Positions 26,201 through 33,302 of a stretch of DNA of 64,000 nucleotides are shown here, one piece after another. The position numbers and the translations under genes were made by a program. Source of the DNA: Candidatus Sungiibacteriota bacterium (GTDB lineage Bacteria; Patescibacteriota; Minisyncoccia; Sungbacterales; SURF-37); the NCBI GenBank assembly GCA_016203665.1, contig JACQMJ010000004.1:68214-132213 (forward strand). The letters are read 5' to 3'. Positions within the stretch are counted from its first letter, which is position 1. Each line of letters begins with the position of its first letter. The notes beneath the pieces are model-generated. The model was not told where the DNA came from. It did no database searches and worked only from the letters and a program-made list of their open reading frames with translations.

Positions 26201-27127
26201 CTAGCGCGGCGCGAATTGCCGCGAAAGGAATCCGCCGATAACGCCGCCGGCCGTGCTCGCGCCAATAGCCGCTATCACATCGCTCCCGGCCAGCAAAAAT
26301 TCAGGATCGAACGAGGAAATTGACCCGAAAAGTATAGCGCCGAAAAGAAGCCCCGCCGCACCGCCCAAAACATCCTGCGGCAATTTGCGCGCGATATCGA
26401 TCAAAGCCGCCATGGCAAGCACCGATCCTATGACCAGCCATGCAGGCGGATGCGCGTGAAAAGGAACGACCGCATCCGGAACATTGCTCCAGTGGTATTG
26501 CATAGCGTGCAGCAGCGCGAAAAATGCGCCGACCATGGTGGCGCGGCCGAAACCGCCGACTAATGACTGGCTGGCAATAAAAAACCCGGCCAGGATCGCC
26601 GTAATGTATACCGCGCCCCAGGGCCCCCAAAGACGATACGGCCCCAGCGGATGGAACGGCAATACCGCGAAAACCAAAAGGACCGCGAGCGAGCTTATCG
26701 CAAGCGAACCGAAGAACTGCCGGCCCAGCCGGTCATTCTCGAGCTTGGGGAATAAAAACCAGAGCGCGGTAACGATCGCTGCGACCAGAAAAAGATGCGG
26801 CGGGCTCCAGACAGCAAGGACGCTGAAAAGGTCCTCGACCCCGAAGAGACGATGCCAAACATTATCCAAGGGCGCCCAAAGCGATATAGCCAAAAGCGCA
26901 AGCGTTATGCGGCGCCATGACCCGTCCCGGAAGCGGTAAAATGCGAGCGCGCCTGCGACTAAGGCCGCGGCCGAAGCCGCATACAATAGAAGATGCGGCG
27001 GCTCAATGAACGAATCGCGCCCGAATGCGCCATGCCACCACACGTCCCAAGAGCCGGCGGCGACAACGATGAAAAGCGCGGCAAATATAAAACGCACTAA
27101 TCCGACTGAAGAAGGAGCTTTAGCCAT
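26201..27127 (-). CDS. hypothetical polytopic membrane protein
   Basis: 308-aa ORF with about 9 hydrophobic helices and several W/H-rich loops. No family recognised. Confidence 0.65.
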   Translation of the reverse strand: MAKAPSSVGLVRFIFAALFIVVAAGSWDVWWHGAFGRDSFIEPPHLLLYAASAAALVAGALAFYRFRDGSWRRITLALLAISLWAPLDNVWHRLFGVEDLFSVLAVWSPPHLFLVAAIVTALWFLFPKLENDRLGRQFFGSLAISSLAVLLVFAVLPFHPLGPYRLWGPWGAVYITAILAGFFIASQSLVGGFGRATMVGAFFALLHAMQYHWSNVPDAVVPFHAHPPAWLVIGSVLAMAALIDIARKLPQDVLGGAAGLLFGAILFGSISSFDPEFLLAGSDVIAAIGASTAGGVIGGFLSRQFAPR

Positions 27128-27198
27128 TCCTCTATTTTATACTAACCCTCCCTTGCGCAAAATAAAGATATTCAGTGTGGCAGGATTTGATTGTGATG

Positions 27199-27271
27199 CG
27201 TCCCCGAGAGGATTTGAACCTCTGGCCTCTTCCTTCGGAGGGAAGCGCTCTATCCGCTGAGCTACGGGGAC
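27199..27271 (-). tRNA. tRNA-Arg (anticodon CCG)
   Basis: Hand-folded 73-nt cloverleaf: GTCCCCG TA GCTC AGCGGATA GAGC G CTTCC CTCCGAA GGAAG AGGCC AGAGG TTCAAAT CCTCT CGGGGAC G. CCA is not encoded. Confidence 0.92.
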
Positions 27272-27276
27272 AACCG

Positions 27277-29064
27277 CTATTTCAATCCGATCTGAAGCTC
27301 GTAGAGCTTACGGTACACCCCGTTGGGGATCTGAATCAACTCCTCGTGCTTGCCGCGCTCGACGATGCGGCCCTTTTCGAGAACTAAAATCGTATCCGCC
27401 CGTCGGACGGTTGAAAGCCGGTGCGCGATAATGAACGTCGTCCGGCCAGCCATGAGCTCGGCCAGGGATTCCTGAATGAGCGCCTCGGATTTCGCATCCA
27501 GGGCCGAGGTCGGCTCGTCAAGAATCAGGATGCGGGGATTCCGCAAAATGGCCCGCGCGATGGCGATCCTCTGCTTCTGCCCGACCGAAAGCTTGATGCC
27601 GCGCTCGCCAACGAGCTGGCGGTACTTCCGCGAAAAGCGCTGGATAAAATCGTCGGCATGCGCCCGCTTGGCCGCCTCGAGAACCTTGGCATCCGATGCA
27701 CCGAAACTTCCGTAGCGGATATTGTTCTGGATCGTATCGTTGAAGAGCAATAGTTCCTGCGGCACGACCGCGACTTTGGAGCGGAGAAATTTCAAATCCA
27801 GCCGCGACACCTCATGGCCGTCAATAAATATTTTCCCTTTCTTGGGACGGTAATATCCGGAGATAAGATCAACCAGCGTGGACTTGCCCACCCCCGATTC
27901 GCCGACCAGGGCAAGGCTCTGGCCGGCTTTGGCCTCAAACGAAATGTCCTCAAGCACGTATTTGCGCCGCCCGCCGTAGGAAAAAGAGACGCCGCGAAAT
28001 TCAACGCTTCCGGCGAACTCCTTCGGGATGATGGCCCGCTCCGGCACATAAACCTCGGGCAGACGCTCGATAATCTTCTCGGCGCGATCCACGGCGGCCA
28101 GGCCGTTTTGCACTATATCCCAGTTATTGGCAATGATGGCAAGCGGCCGGAAGACGATGGCCGCATAGGCGTTGAAAGCCACAAGCCCGCCCGGCGTCAG
28201 GGCGCCCGCGCGGACGAGATAAAAAGAGTAGATGAAAATGCCGAGCTGCATCAGGGTGACGATAGCCCGCTGGTAGAAGGAGAGGCCCTGCCAGATGCGC
28301 ATGTAGTCCGACCACAACCGCGCAGCCTTTAGGCGGAAGAAGCGGAAAAGCTGGCGGCGCTCGTGGCCTTCGGCCGTGGCCTGCTTCACACCGTGCACGT
28401 TCATCATGATGTCCGAGGAGTAGCCAAAGGCCCAGGAATAGGCCTTATTCATCTTGTAGGAGATGGCCGAGAGGCCGGGCGCGGTGCGAATGAGCATGAC
28501 AAGGTAGAGGCCCATCGCGGCCACCACGACCAGGGCGAGCTTCGGCTGGATCAAAAAGACGATGACGAAGGTGAGGATGACCGAAAGGAAATCGGGCAGG
28601 AGGTCGACGAGCACGCGGTTAGTAATGGACTCCAGGCGATCCGAGCCGCGCTGGATGCGGCTGATAATCTCGCCCACGCGGTGCGACTTATGGAAGGAGA
28701 GCGGCAGTTCCAGCACGCGGGAGAACGCGGCGATGAGGTAGTCGGCATGAACGTCGGCCCCGAAGCGTTCCTGCCGAATGCTCTTCTGCCAGCCGGCAAT
28801 ATCGCCGCAGATGCGGATAACGAACCAGACGCCGATTAACGCCAATGCCGCCGGCACGATGCCGAGGAAAGGTACGGCCGCACTTCGCGGCTGGATGAGC
28901 GCATCAAAAATCTTCCCGGCGAGGAGCGGGACAAGGGCGTTGGCGCCGGCGTCGGCCAAACTGAATACGCTGATGACTATGAGCGCGGAGCGGTAGGGCT
29001 TCAGGTACTTCACAAAGATGGCGATGCCGCGCCGGAGCTTGGTTGTCTGGATTTTCTTGGGCAT
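27277..29064 (-). CDS. ABC exporter, fused permease/ATPase (MsbA-like type I exporter)
   Basis: Six N-terminal TM helices, then Walker A GESGVGKST, signature LSVGQKQR and Walker B LILDEPTSALD. The track start at 29076 is TTG; the ATG at 29064 is preferred. Confidence 0.9.
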   Translation of the reverse strand: MPKKIQTTKLRRGIAIFVKYLKPYRSALIVISVFSLADAGANALVPLLAGKIFDALIQPRSAAVPFLGIVPAALALIGVWFVIRICGDIAGWQKSIRQERFGADVHADYLIAAFSRVLELPLSFHKSHRVGEIISRIQRGSDRLESITNRVLVDLLPDFLSVILTFVIVFLIQPKLALVVVAAMGLYLVMLIRTAPGLSAISYKMNKAYSWAFGYSSDIMMNVHGVKQATAEGHERRQLFRFFRLKAARLWSDYMRIWQGLSFYQRAIVTLMQLGIFIYSFYLVRAGALTPGGLVAFNAYAAIVFRPLAIIANNWDIVQNGLAAVDRAEKIIERLPEVYVPERAIIPKEFAGSVEFRGVSFSYGGRRKYVLEDISFEAKAGQSLALVGESGVGKSTLVDLISGYYRPKKGKIFIDGHEVSRLDLKFLRSKVAVVPQELLLFNDTIQNNIRYGSFGASDAKVLEAAKRAHADDFIQRFSRKYRQLVGERGIKLSVGQKQRIAIARAILRNPRILILDEPTSALDAKSEALIQESLAELMAGRTTFIIAHRLSTVRRADTILVLEKGRIVERGKHEELIQIPNGVYRKLYELQIGLK

Positions 29065-29094
29065 AAAAACGAACAACCTAGTTTATCGTGAAAC

Positions 29095-29124
29095 ACAACG
29101 CCGCACCAGATGGTGCGGCGTTGT
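29095..29124 (-). terminator. 13-bp GC-rich hairpin (terminator, attenuator or processing site) just upstream of the ABC start
   Basis: acaacgccgcacc-agat-ggtgcggcgttgt is a perfect stem. The U-tract is weak on both strands, so its function is uncertain. Confidence 0.5.
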
Positions 29125-29128
29125 TTAT

Positions 29129-30056
29129 GAAAACATATCCGTTGTTCGCCCTCTAGGACCCCATAGTCACAAGTGTGTTGTAAGGTGCTGACACTGCTAT
29201 GGGATCTTAGAGGACGGAGGAGTGAGGTCGGCCGGGAGATCGCTACTGCTGAACCCCGGACACTGTTACACTCCTCGTCGTCCCGGTTTGCTTGGCGGGC
29301 CTACATCGCAGGATCGGCACAGTAGGACAGCTCTCGACTGCCGCTGGCTTAGCCGCGAAAGGGATCCGCCTGCCCGGCGCCGCACGGGCGCCTTTTGGCC
29401 ACTACGGGACGAAAACTTCGTAAAGAGAGCTACAGCTCTGCACCTCTGGTACGGAACAGCCAACGGCAACGCGCCATGGGCTCCCCCTCAGCGTTCGCAG
29501 ATGAGAGTTGTCGCCGAGGCAAGATTCGCGCGCCCCAGCGAACGGTGAACTGCCGTACGGGCATCCCCTGCGAGCCTGTCGGGGTTCAGGGATGCCTCAT
29601 AGCTGGAAACTACATCCGGCTTCCGCACGAATACCCTCCCCGGCCACACGATGACGATAAGCGCCTCTCATGTCCGGAGTCAGCTATCCACACGGCATGG
29701 GCCCGACTGCTCGCAAACCCACCCCCACGCTCGCCGGCCCTGGGCACGGGCTCAACCCCGCCCGCGTAACAGTGCGGCACGAAGTGGACCATAGTCACCT
29801 CCTTTCCCGCCGTTTTACCTTTCGATATTTCCTTCCCGAACCTGAGGCCTTTTAGCCGCTCCCGCACCCATCGCGGCAATACTTCTAGCCAGTCGTGCTT
29901 TGCCGGACAGCCGTTACTAAAGCATGTGCTGAAATAATCTAGAAATCTAGCGGATATACGCGCTTGCTGCGATCGGTGCGAAAGCGAGCCGGATTTTTGA
30001 GGAGGGTCAAAAACCCTTTATCAAAGCCCCAGATCTGGGAAGGAAATTTTCAAGAC
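29129..30056 (-). ncRNA. candidate large non-coding transcript, or giant 5' leader of the ABC gene
   Basis: No credible ORF in six frames across ~0.93 kb, despite coding-like GC richness. A near-consensus promoter points into it and a hairpin sits at its end. See findings. Confidence 0.4.
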
Positions 30057-30062
30057 AATTAT

Positions 30063-30090
30063 ATTATACACCCATAACCTATTTTGTCAA
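30063..30090 (-). promoter_or_regulatory. near-consensus sigma70-type promoter, TTGACA-16 nt-TATAAT
   Basis: On the reverse strand, TTGACA is at 30090-30085 and TATAAT at 30068-30063. An extra TTGACT is at 30104-30099. Confidence 0.7.
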
Positions 30091-30121
30091 GTCCATATAG
30101 TCAACTAACTTCTTAGTAACT

Positions 30122-30155
30122 CCCATACATGATTACGATCGTAATCATGTATGGG
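30122..30155. repeat. perfect 34-nt palindrome
   Basis: cccatacatgattacgatcgtaatcatgtatggg is its own reverse complement, centred on cgatcg. Confidence 0.95.
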
Positions 30156-30233
30156 GCTTGCAGACAAAAGACAAAAGAGAAAAACGGGCCTTGGCCCGCG
30201 TAAGCGTGGCTTTTAGTTTTCAACTTTTAGATC

Positions 30234-30725
30234 CTATGTATGGAGGTCGGCTACCTGCGAGGCGCCGAAAGAGCCGGGCTTGATCACTGCCGCAAACCCG
30301 AAGCCCTTCACCATGCCGACCACCTGGTCAATTAAATCCCGCGTCGGGCCGTTCACGCCGACGTCAATGTGCACTTCAATCTTGCCGTCCCACAAAAACT
30401 CCTCGCCGAGTTTTTCCCGTAGGCCGGAGCGGATTTCCTGGGCCAGGGTAATGGATTGCAGTGCCTCTCCGGTAATGCGGTCGCGGAGGGTATGAAAGCT
30501 CTTCTTCTCCGATGTGACCCAGAAATGCACCGCGCCGTTGCCGATCCGCCGTACGGTTACGGCCGTGACGAGCGGCACGGGATTTCGAGCCGCCGAGTCC
30601 GAGCCGACGATGATCTGGTAGGAGCGCTCCGGCTGGGAGCGAATATAGGCCGTAATTTCCTCGAAGACCCGCCCGAGCGTGAGTGTGCCTTTGGACCAGC
30701 TATGGAATTGTGTCATTTCAGCCAT
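30234..30725 (-). CDS. YkuK-like protein (DUF458, RNase H-like fold)
   Basis: The 163-aa ORF matches, along its length, the B. subtilis YkuK pattern as I recall it: ...YQIIVGSDSA...VTAVTVRRIGNGA...HIDVG.NG.TRDLI...V.G.GF...IKP..F.AS..A... Confidence 0.8.
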   Translation of the reverse strand: MAEMTQFHSWSKGTLTLGRVFEEITAYIRSQPERSYQIIVGSDSAARNPVPLVTAVTVRRIGNGAVHFWVTSEKKSFHTLRDRITGEALQSITLAQEIRSGLREKLGEEFLWDGKIEVHIDVGVNGPTRDLIDQVVGMVKGFGFAAVIKPGSFGASQVADLHT

Positions 30726-30727
30726 GG

Positions 30728-31537
30728 TTACGTCCTGAACAGCGATTGCGCCACCGGCCGCGGCTGCACGGCCTCGTCGAGCAGCCGGGCAGCGACAATG
30801 CGGCCGATGCGGAAGTTCCGCACATCCTGTCGAAGATGGTCAAAGGCCTCAATGTCATCACCTCTTATACCCCGGATCTCGATCTTCCGCTTTTTTAAGA
30901 AGCCCTCGCCGGCATTCTCGCGCGAAACGTAGTCAATTTCAAGGACGCGCTGTTCTGCCCGCGCTTGCTCTATAAGCTTCACGACATCGGCCTCGTCAGC
31001 CATGCCCCAAGACACGGGCACTGATACGGTCTTACCGTCCACGAACGACTCAAAGAGCAGGTGACCGCGGTCGCGGCCGTAATGGTAGAGGTCGCGCGTT
31101 AATCGCACGTCCTGGGTGCAGTAGGCCTCGAGCTTCTCCCAGTTCCCCTCCTGATACCAGCGCACGGCATCCAAGCCGTGGCCGCCCTTCTCGGCATTCA
31201 GGGTGGCCTTGGCTAAACTTGCGAGCGAGACGCGGTGGCCGAGCTTGGCCGTGACGTCATCAAAGATATCAAGCACCGGCAGATTCCGGAGATCGAAATC
31301 CATATAGGGCTGGAGCACCGGCAAATCGAATTTGGTAATGAAAAAGCCGATGACTCGATCGGCGTTTTTCAGGAGCGCTCCAAGCTCGGCGAAATGTGAT
31401 TCCCTAAATACCCGAAACCGATCACCTGCGGAATTCCAGGTGCCGACTACTGAAATGCCGACCGAGGCGAGATCGCGCTCACCCCAGTTGGATGGCGCCT
31501 TCTTTGTTTCTAAATCCAGTACAATTTCGTTACGCAT
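30728..31537 (-). CDS. DEDDy-type 3'-5' exonuclease (RNase H-like) fused to a C-terminal WYL domain
   Basis: The exonuclease motifs are Exo I VLDLET, Exo II ITKFDLPVL and Exo III YCTQDVRLTRDLY. The C-terminal sequence VLEIDYVS...KKRKIEIRGIRGDDIEAFDHLRQDVRNFRIGRIVAARLL fits the WYL consensus. Confidence 0.75.
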   Translation of the reverse strand: MRNEIVLDLETKKAPSNWGERDLASVGISVVGTWNSAGDRFRVFRESHFAELGALLKNADRVIGFFITKFDLPVLQPYMDFDLRNLPVLDIFDDVTAKLGHRVSLASLAKATLNAEKGGHGLDAVRWYQEGNWEKLEAYCTQDVRLTRDLYHYGRDRGHLLFESFVDGKTVSVPVSWGMADEADVVKLIEQARAEQRVLEIDYVSRENAGEGFLKKRKIEIRGIRGDDIEAFDHLRQDVRNFRIGRIVAARLLDEAVQPRPVAQSLFRT

Positions 31538-31539
31538 GG

Positions 31540-31657
31540 GTGAACCCCGTTACAACCCGGCCTAAAGGCCGGGGCCTCCAATGAGGCAGTGGAACTCTCC
31601 ATTCCTCCCCGCCCTGAAGGGTGAGGCGTCCAGGTTGTAACGGGGTGAATAGTTCAC
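31540..31657 (+). repeat. stem-closed intergenic element, family copy 3 (GGCAGTGGAA...GAGGCGT)
   Basis: The outer stem is gtgaaccccgttacaacc (31540-31557) paired with ggttgtaacgggg[tgaatag]ttcac (31633-31657). The inner hairpins are cccggcc-taaa-ggccggg and gcctc-caat-gaggc. The core motifs are at 31585-31594 and 31623-31629. Confidence 0.7.
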
Positions 31658-32133
31658 GGTAGCAGAATCTTGACGCGCTGTCCAATGCCAAGCCCGAGTT
31701 CGGAGGCGCGGCCGGCGCGAATTTCTATCACACTATCCACCGGCTCGGGTGACGTGAAGCGCGGGAGCTCGGCATCCGGAATCCCCGGCGGGGGCGGCTC
31801 GATCCCTGCTGTGACGGCGCGGATGACGCCGCCTGAAAGCCAAACGATATCAATGGGAATCCGCATGCCCTTCATCCAGAACGAATGCGGGGCAGTAATG
31901 TCAAAACGGAAGAGCATACCCTCGTTCGCGCCGAGCTCGGTGCGGCCGGCCAGGCCCCGGGCACGCCCTTCAGGTGTGGCGGCAATTTCAAGCCGGAATT
32001 CCTCTCCCGCGAGACGTACGAGCAGAGCGCCTTCCTCCACCGGCGGGGTACGGACCGAAACCAGGCCCACGGCAACGAGCGTCGCGAACGCGGCGATGAG
32101 CCCGCCCGCGAGCAGGAGCCAGCCCGCCGACAT
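31654..32133 (-). CDS. DUF192 domain protein with an N-terminal membrane anchor
   Basis: Start moved to the ATG at 32133 (MSAGWLLLAGGLIAAFATLVAV), just after the DoxX stop. The DUF192 core is GMLFRFD...FWMKGMRIPIDIVWL. Confidence 0.82.
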   Translation of the reverse strand: MSAGWLLLAGGLIAAFATLVAVGLVSVRTPPVEEGALLVRLAGEEFRLEIAATPEGRARGLAGRTELGANEGMLFRFDITAPHSFWMKGMRIPIDIVWLSGGVIRAVTAGIEPPPPGIPDAELPRFTSPEPVDSVIEIRAGRASELGLGIGQRVKILLP

Positions 32134-32137
32134 AGCG

Positions 32138-32551
32138 CTACCAACCGAAAGCGTAGGCGCCGGGGCCGAGGAAGACAAGGGCGAGCGCGGCGGCGAAGTA
32201 GATGAGATCAAGCTCCCAGCCCATGCGTTCAAGATCGACATAGCGCGATTTACCCCACTTCGCCTTGGCCATGGCAACCAGCATGTTGATGGCGATCAGG
32301 AAGGCGGCGAACTGGGTGAAGACGCCCGCGATCAAAGCGATGCCGCCGAAAAACTCAACCACCCCGACCACGAGCGCCCAGAAGCGGCCGGGACGGATAC
32401 CGATGGAGTCAAGCCATCCGGCGAACCCGGCATACATCTTGAAAAGCTTCGGATAGCCGTGGGCGACAAAGGCCCCGCCAAGCGCTACGCGTAGGATGAG
32501 CGGCCCCCATTCAGGATAGGTGAGAAGATAATCAAAGATGAACATAATCAA
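32138..32551 (-). CDS. DoxX family membrane protein
   Basis: 137 aa, 4 TM helices; LRVALGGAFVAHGYPKLF motif. Confidence 0.85.
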   Translation of the reverse strand: MIMFIFDYLLTYPEWGPLILRVALGGAFVAHGYPKLFKMYAGFAGWLDSIGIRPGRFWALVVGVVEFFGGIALIAGVFTQFAAFLIAINMLVAMAKAKWGKSRYVDLERMGWELDLIYFAAALALVFLGPGAYAFGW

Positions 32552-32619
32552 AACGATAAAACGATCAAAACGACAAAACCGTTTTCATCAAGTGGAACGA
32601 TCGATCGAATTCATCGAAC

Positions 32620-33300
32620 TCAAATATTTCGACCTTTGACGCCATCGTACCGCACATCAAGCCAGGTAGCGACGGTTCGCATGAATTCCGGCTGGCGTTC
32701 AAATATAGTCGTACCGTGGCCGGCGGTATCAAAAAGTTTAACATCCTTCTCCACGCCGGCCGGCGTTATTGCCATAAGACGTAAAATCGCATCGGCGGAG
32801 GCCTTGTCATCACGCGAGGCGACGTAGTAAACCGCCTGGCCGGGCCTCAGCGACGGCGCCGCCGGCTCGGCCGCCACGCCGCGGTAGTTTAAACCCGGCG
32901 ACAAGAGGAATGCGGCTTTGGCTTCGGGATGGCCGGCAAGGAATTGGAGGGCCAGGTTTGCGCCGATGGATGCGCCGCCGAGCGAAAATGCCGATACGCC
33001 TCGAGATTTCAGAAACTCGACCCCAACCCCGACATCAAACTTCGAGGCCTGATGTTCGGCATCGCCAAACTGCTTATAGCCGTCGGGGCCGCCCGCAGAT
33101 TCGCCGTGGCCGCGGAGGTCAATGGCGAGCACGTGCCAGCCGTCGGCCTGCATCTTTTCCGCGAATGCCTTCCAGCTCTGGCGCGTAACCGACATCATGT
33201 GCAGGAGCAGGAGCCCCTTGGCCGATTGATTCGCCGGCGCGTAATAGTCGCCAATAATGGCGACGTCATCGCTGGTTTTGATCTCTATCCGCTCGGGCAT
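32620..33300 (-). CDS. alpha/beta hydrolase
   Basis: LLLLHMM...AIDLRGHGES, nucleophile elbow GASIG, C-terminal AGHG. Confidence 0.82.
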   Translation of the reverse strand: MPERIEIKTSDDVAIIGDYYAPANQSAKGLLLLHMMSVTRQSWKAFAEKMQADGWHVLAIDLRGHGESAGGPDGYKQFGDAEHQASKFDVGVGVEFLKSRGVSAFSLGGASIGANLALQFLAGHPEAKAAFLLSPGLNYRGVAAEPAAPSLRPGQAVYYVASRDDKASADAILRLMAITPAGVEKDVKLFDTAGHGTTIFERQPEFMRTVATWLDVRYDGVKGRNI

Positions 33301-33302
33301 TT

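Noticed and set aside
27128-27198. The tRNA-Arg as an integration site for a mobile island carrying the ABC, ORF-free RNA and nuclease genes.
   Set aside because: I found no integrase, no repeat of the tRNA 3' end and no compositional break. The genes lie on the 5' side of the tRNA rather than at its 3' end.
29786-29806. The plus-strand sequence GACCATAGTCACCTCCTTTCCC resembles the 16S rRNA 3' end (CACCUCCUUUC).
   Set aside because: No other rRNA-like sequence is nearby. It is simply the complement of the AAGGAGGTGA SD-like motif on the reverse strand.
29740-29850. Riboswitch-like fragments on the reverse strand of the ORF-free region. GGGAAAGGAGGUGA...UCC...CCGCACUGUUAC resembles the cobalamin core GGGAA...GGUGA.AAUCC...CCGCAACUGUAA. 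ACGGCGGGAAA resembles the ykkC/guanidine-I motif ACGGCGGGA.
   Set aside because: The other obligatory elements (B12 box, CCACUG, GGUCCGAGAG and so on) are missing or in the wrong order. The ABC gene is a fused exporter about 600 nt away. The resemblance may be chance, and only an Rfam covariance search (RF00174, RF00442) can settle it.
27277-30233. The ORF-free kilobase as the decayed partner half of a heterodimeric ABC exporter pair.
   Set aside because: Hand translation of the reverse-strand frames I sampled shows no trace of Walker A, LSGGQ or TM-helix-like segments, and the gap is shorter than a full exporter gene. This is not fully excluded without blastx.
31560-31640. A self-cleaving ribozyme (twister-like CCACUGCC on the reverse strand of the stem-closed elements; hammerhead CUGA/GAAA words).
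   Set aside because: Only a 7- to 9-nt word coincides with the twister sequence as I recall it. The remaining conserved core and pseudoknot partners could not be placed, and no CUGAUGA box exists. Evidence is insufficient without a covariance search.
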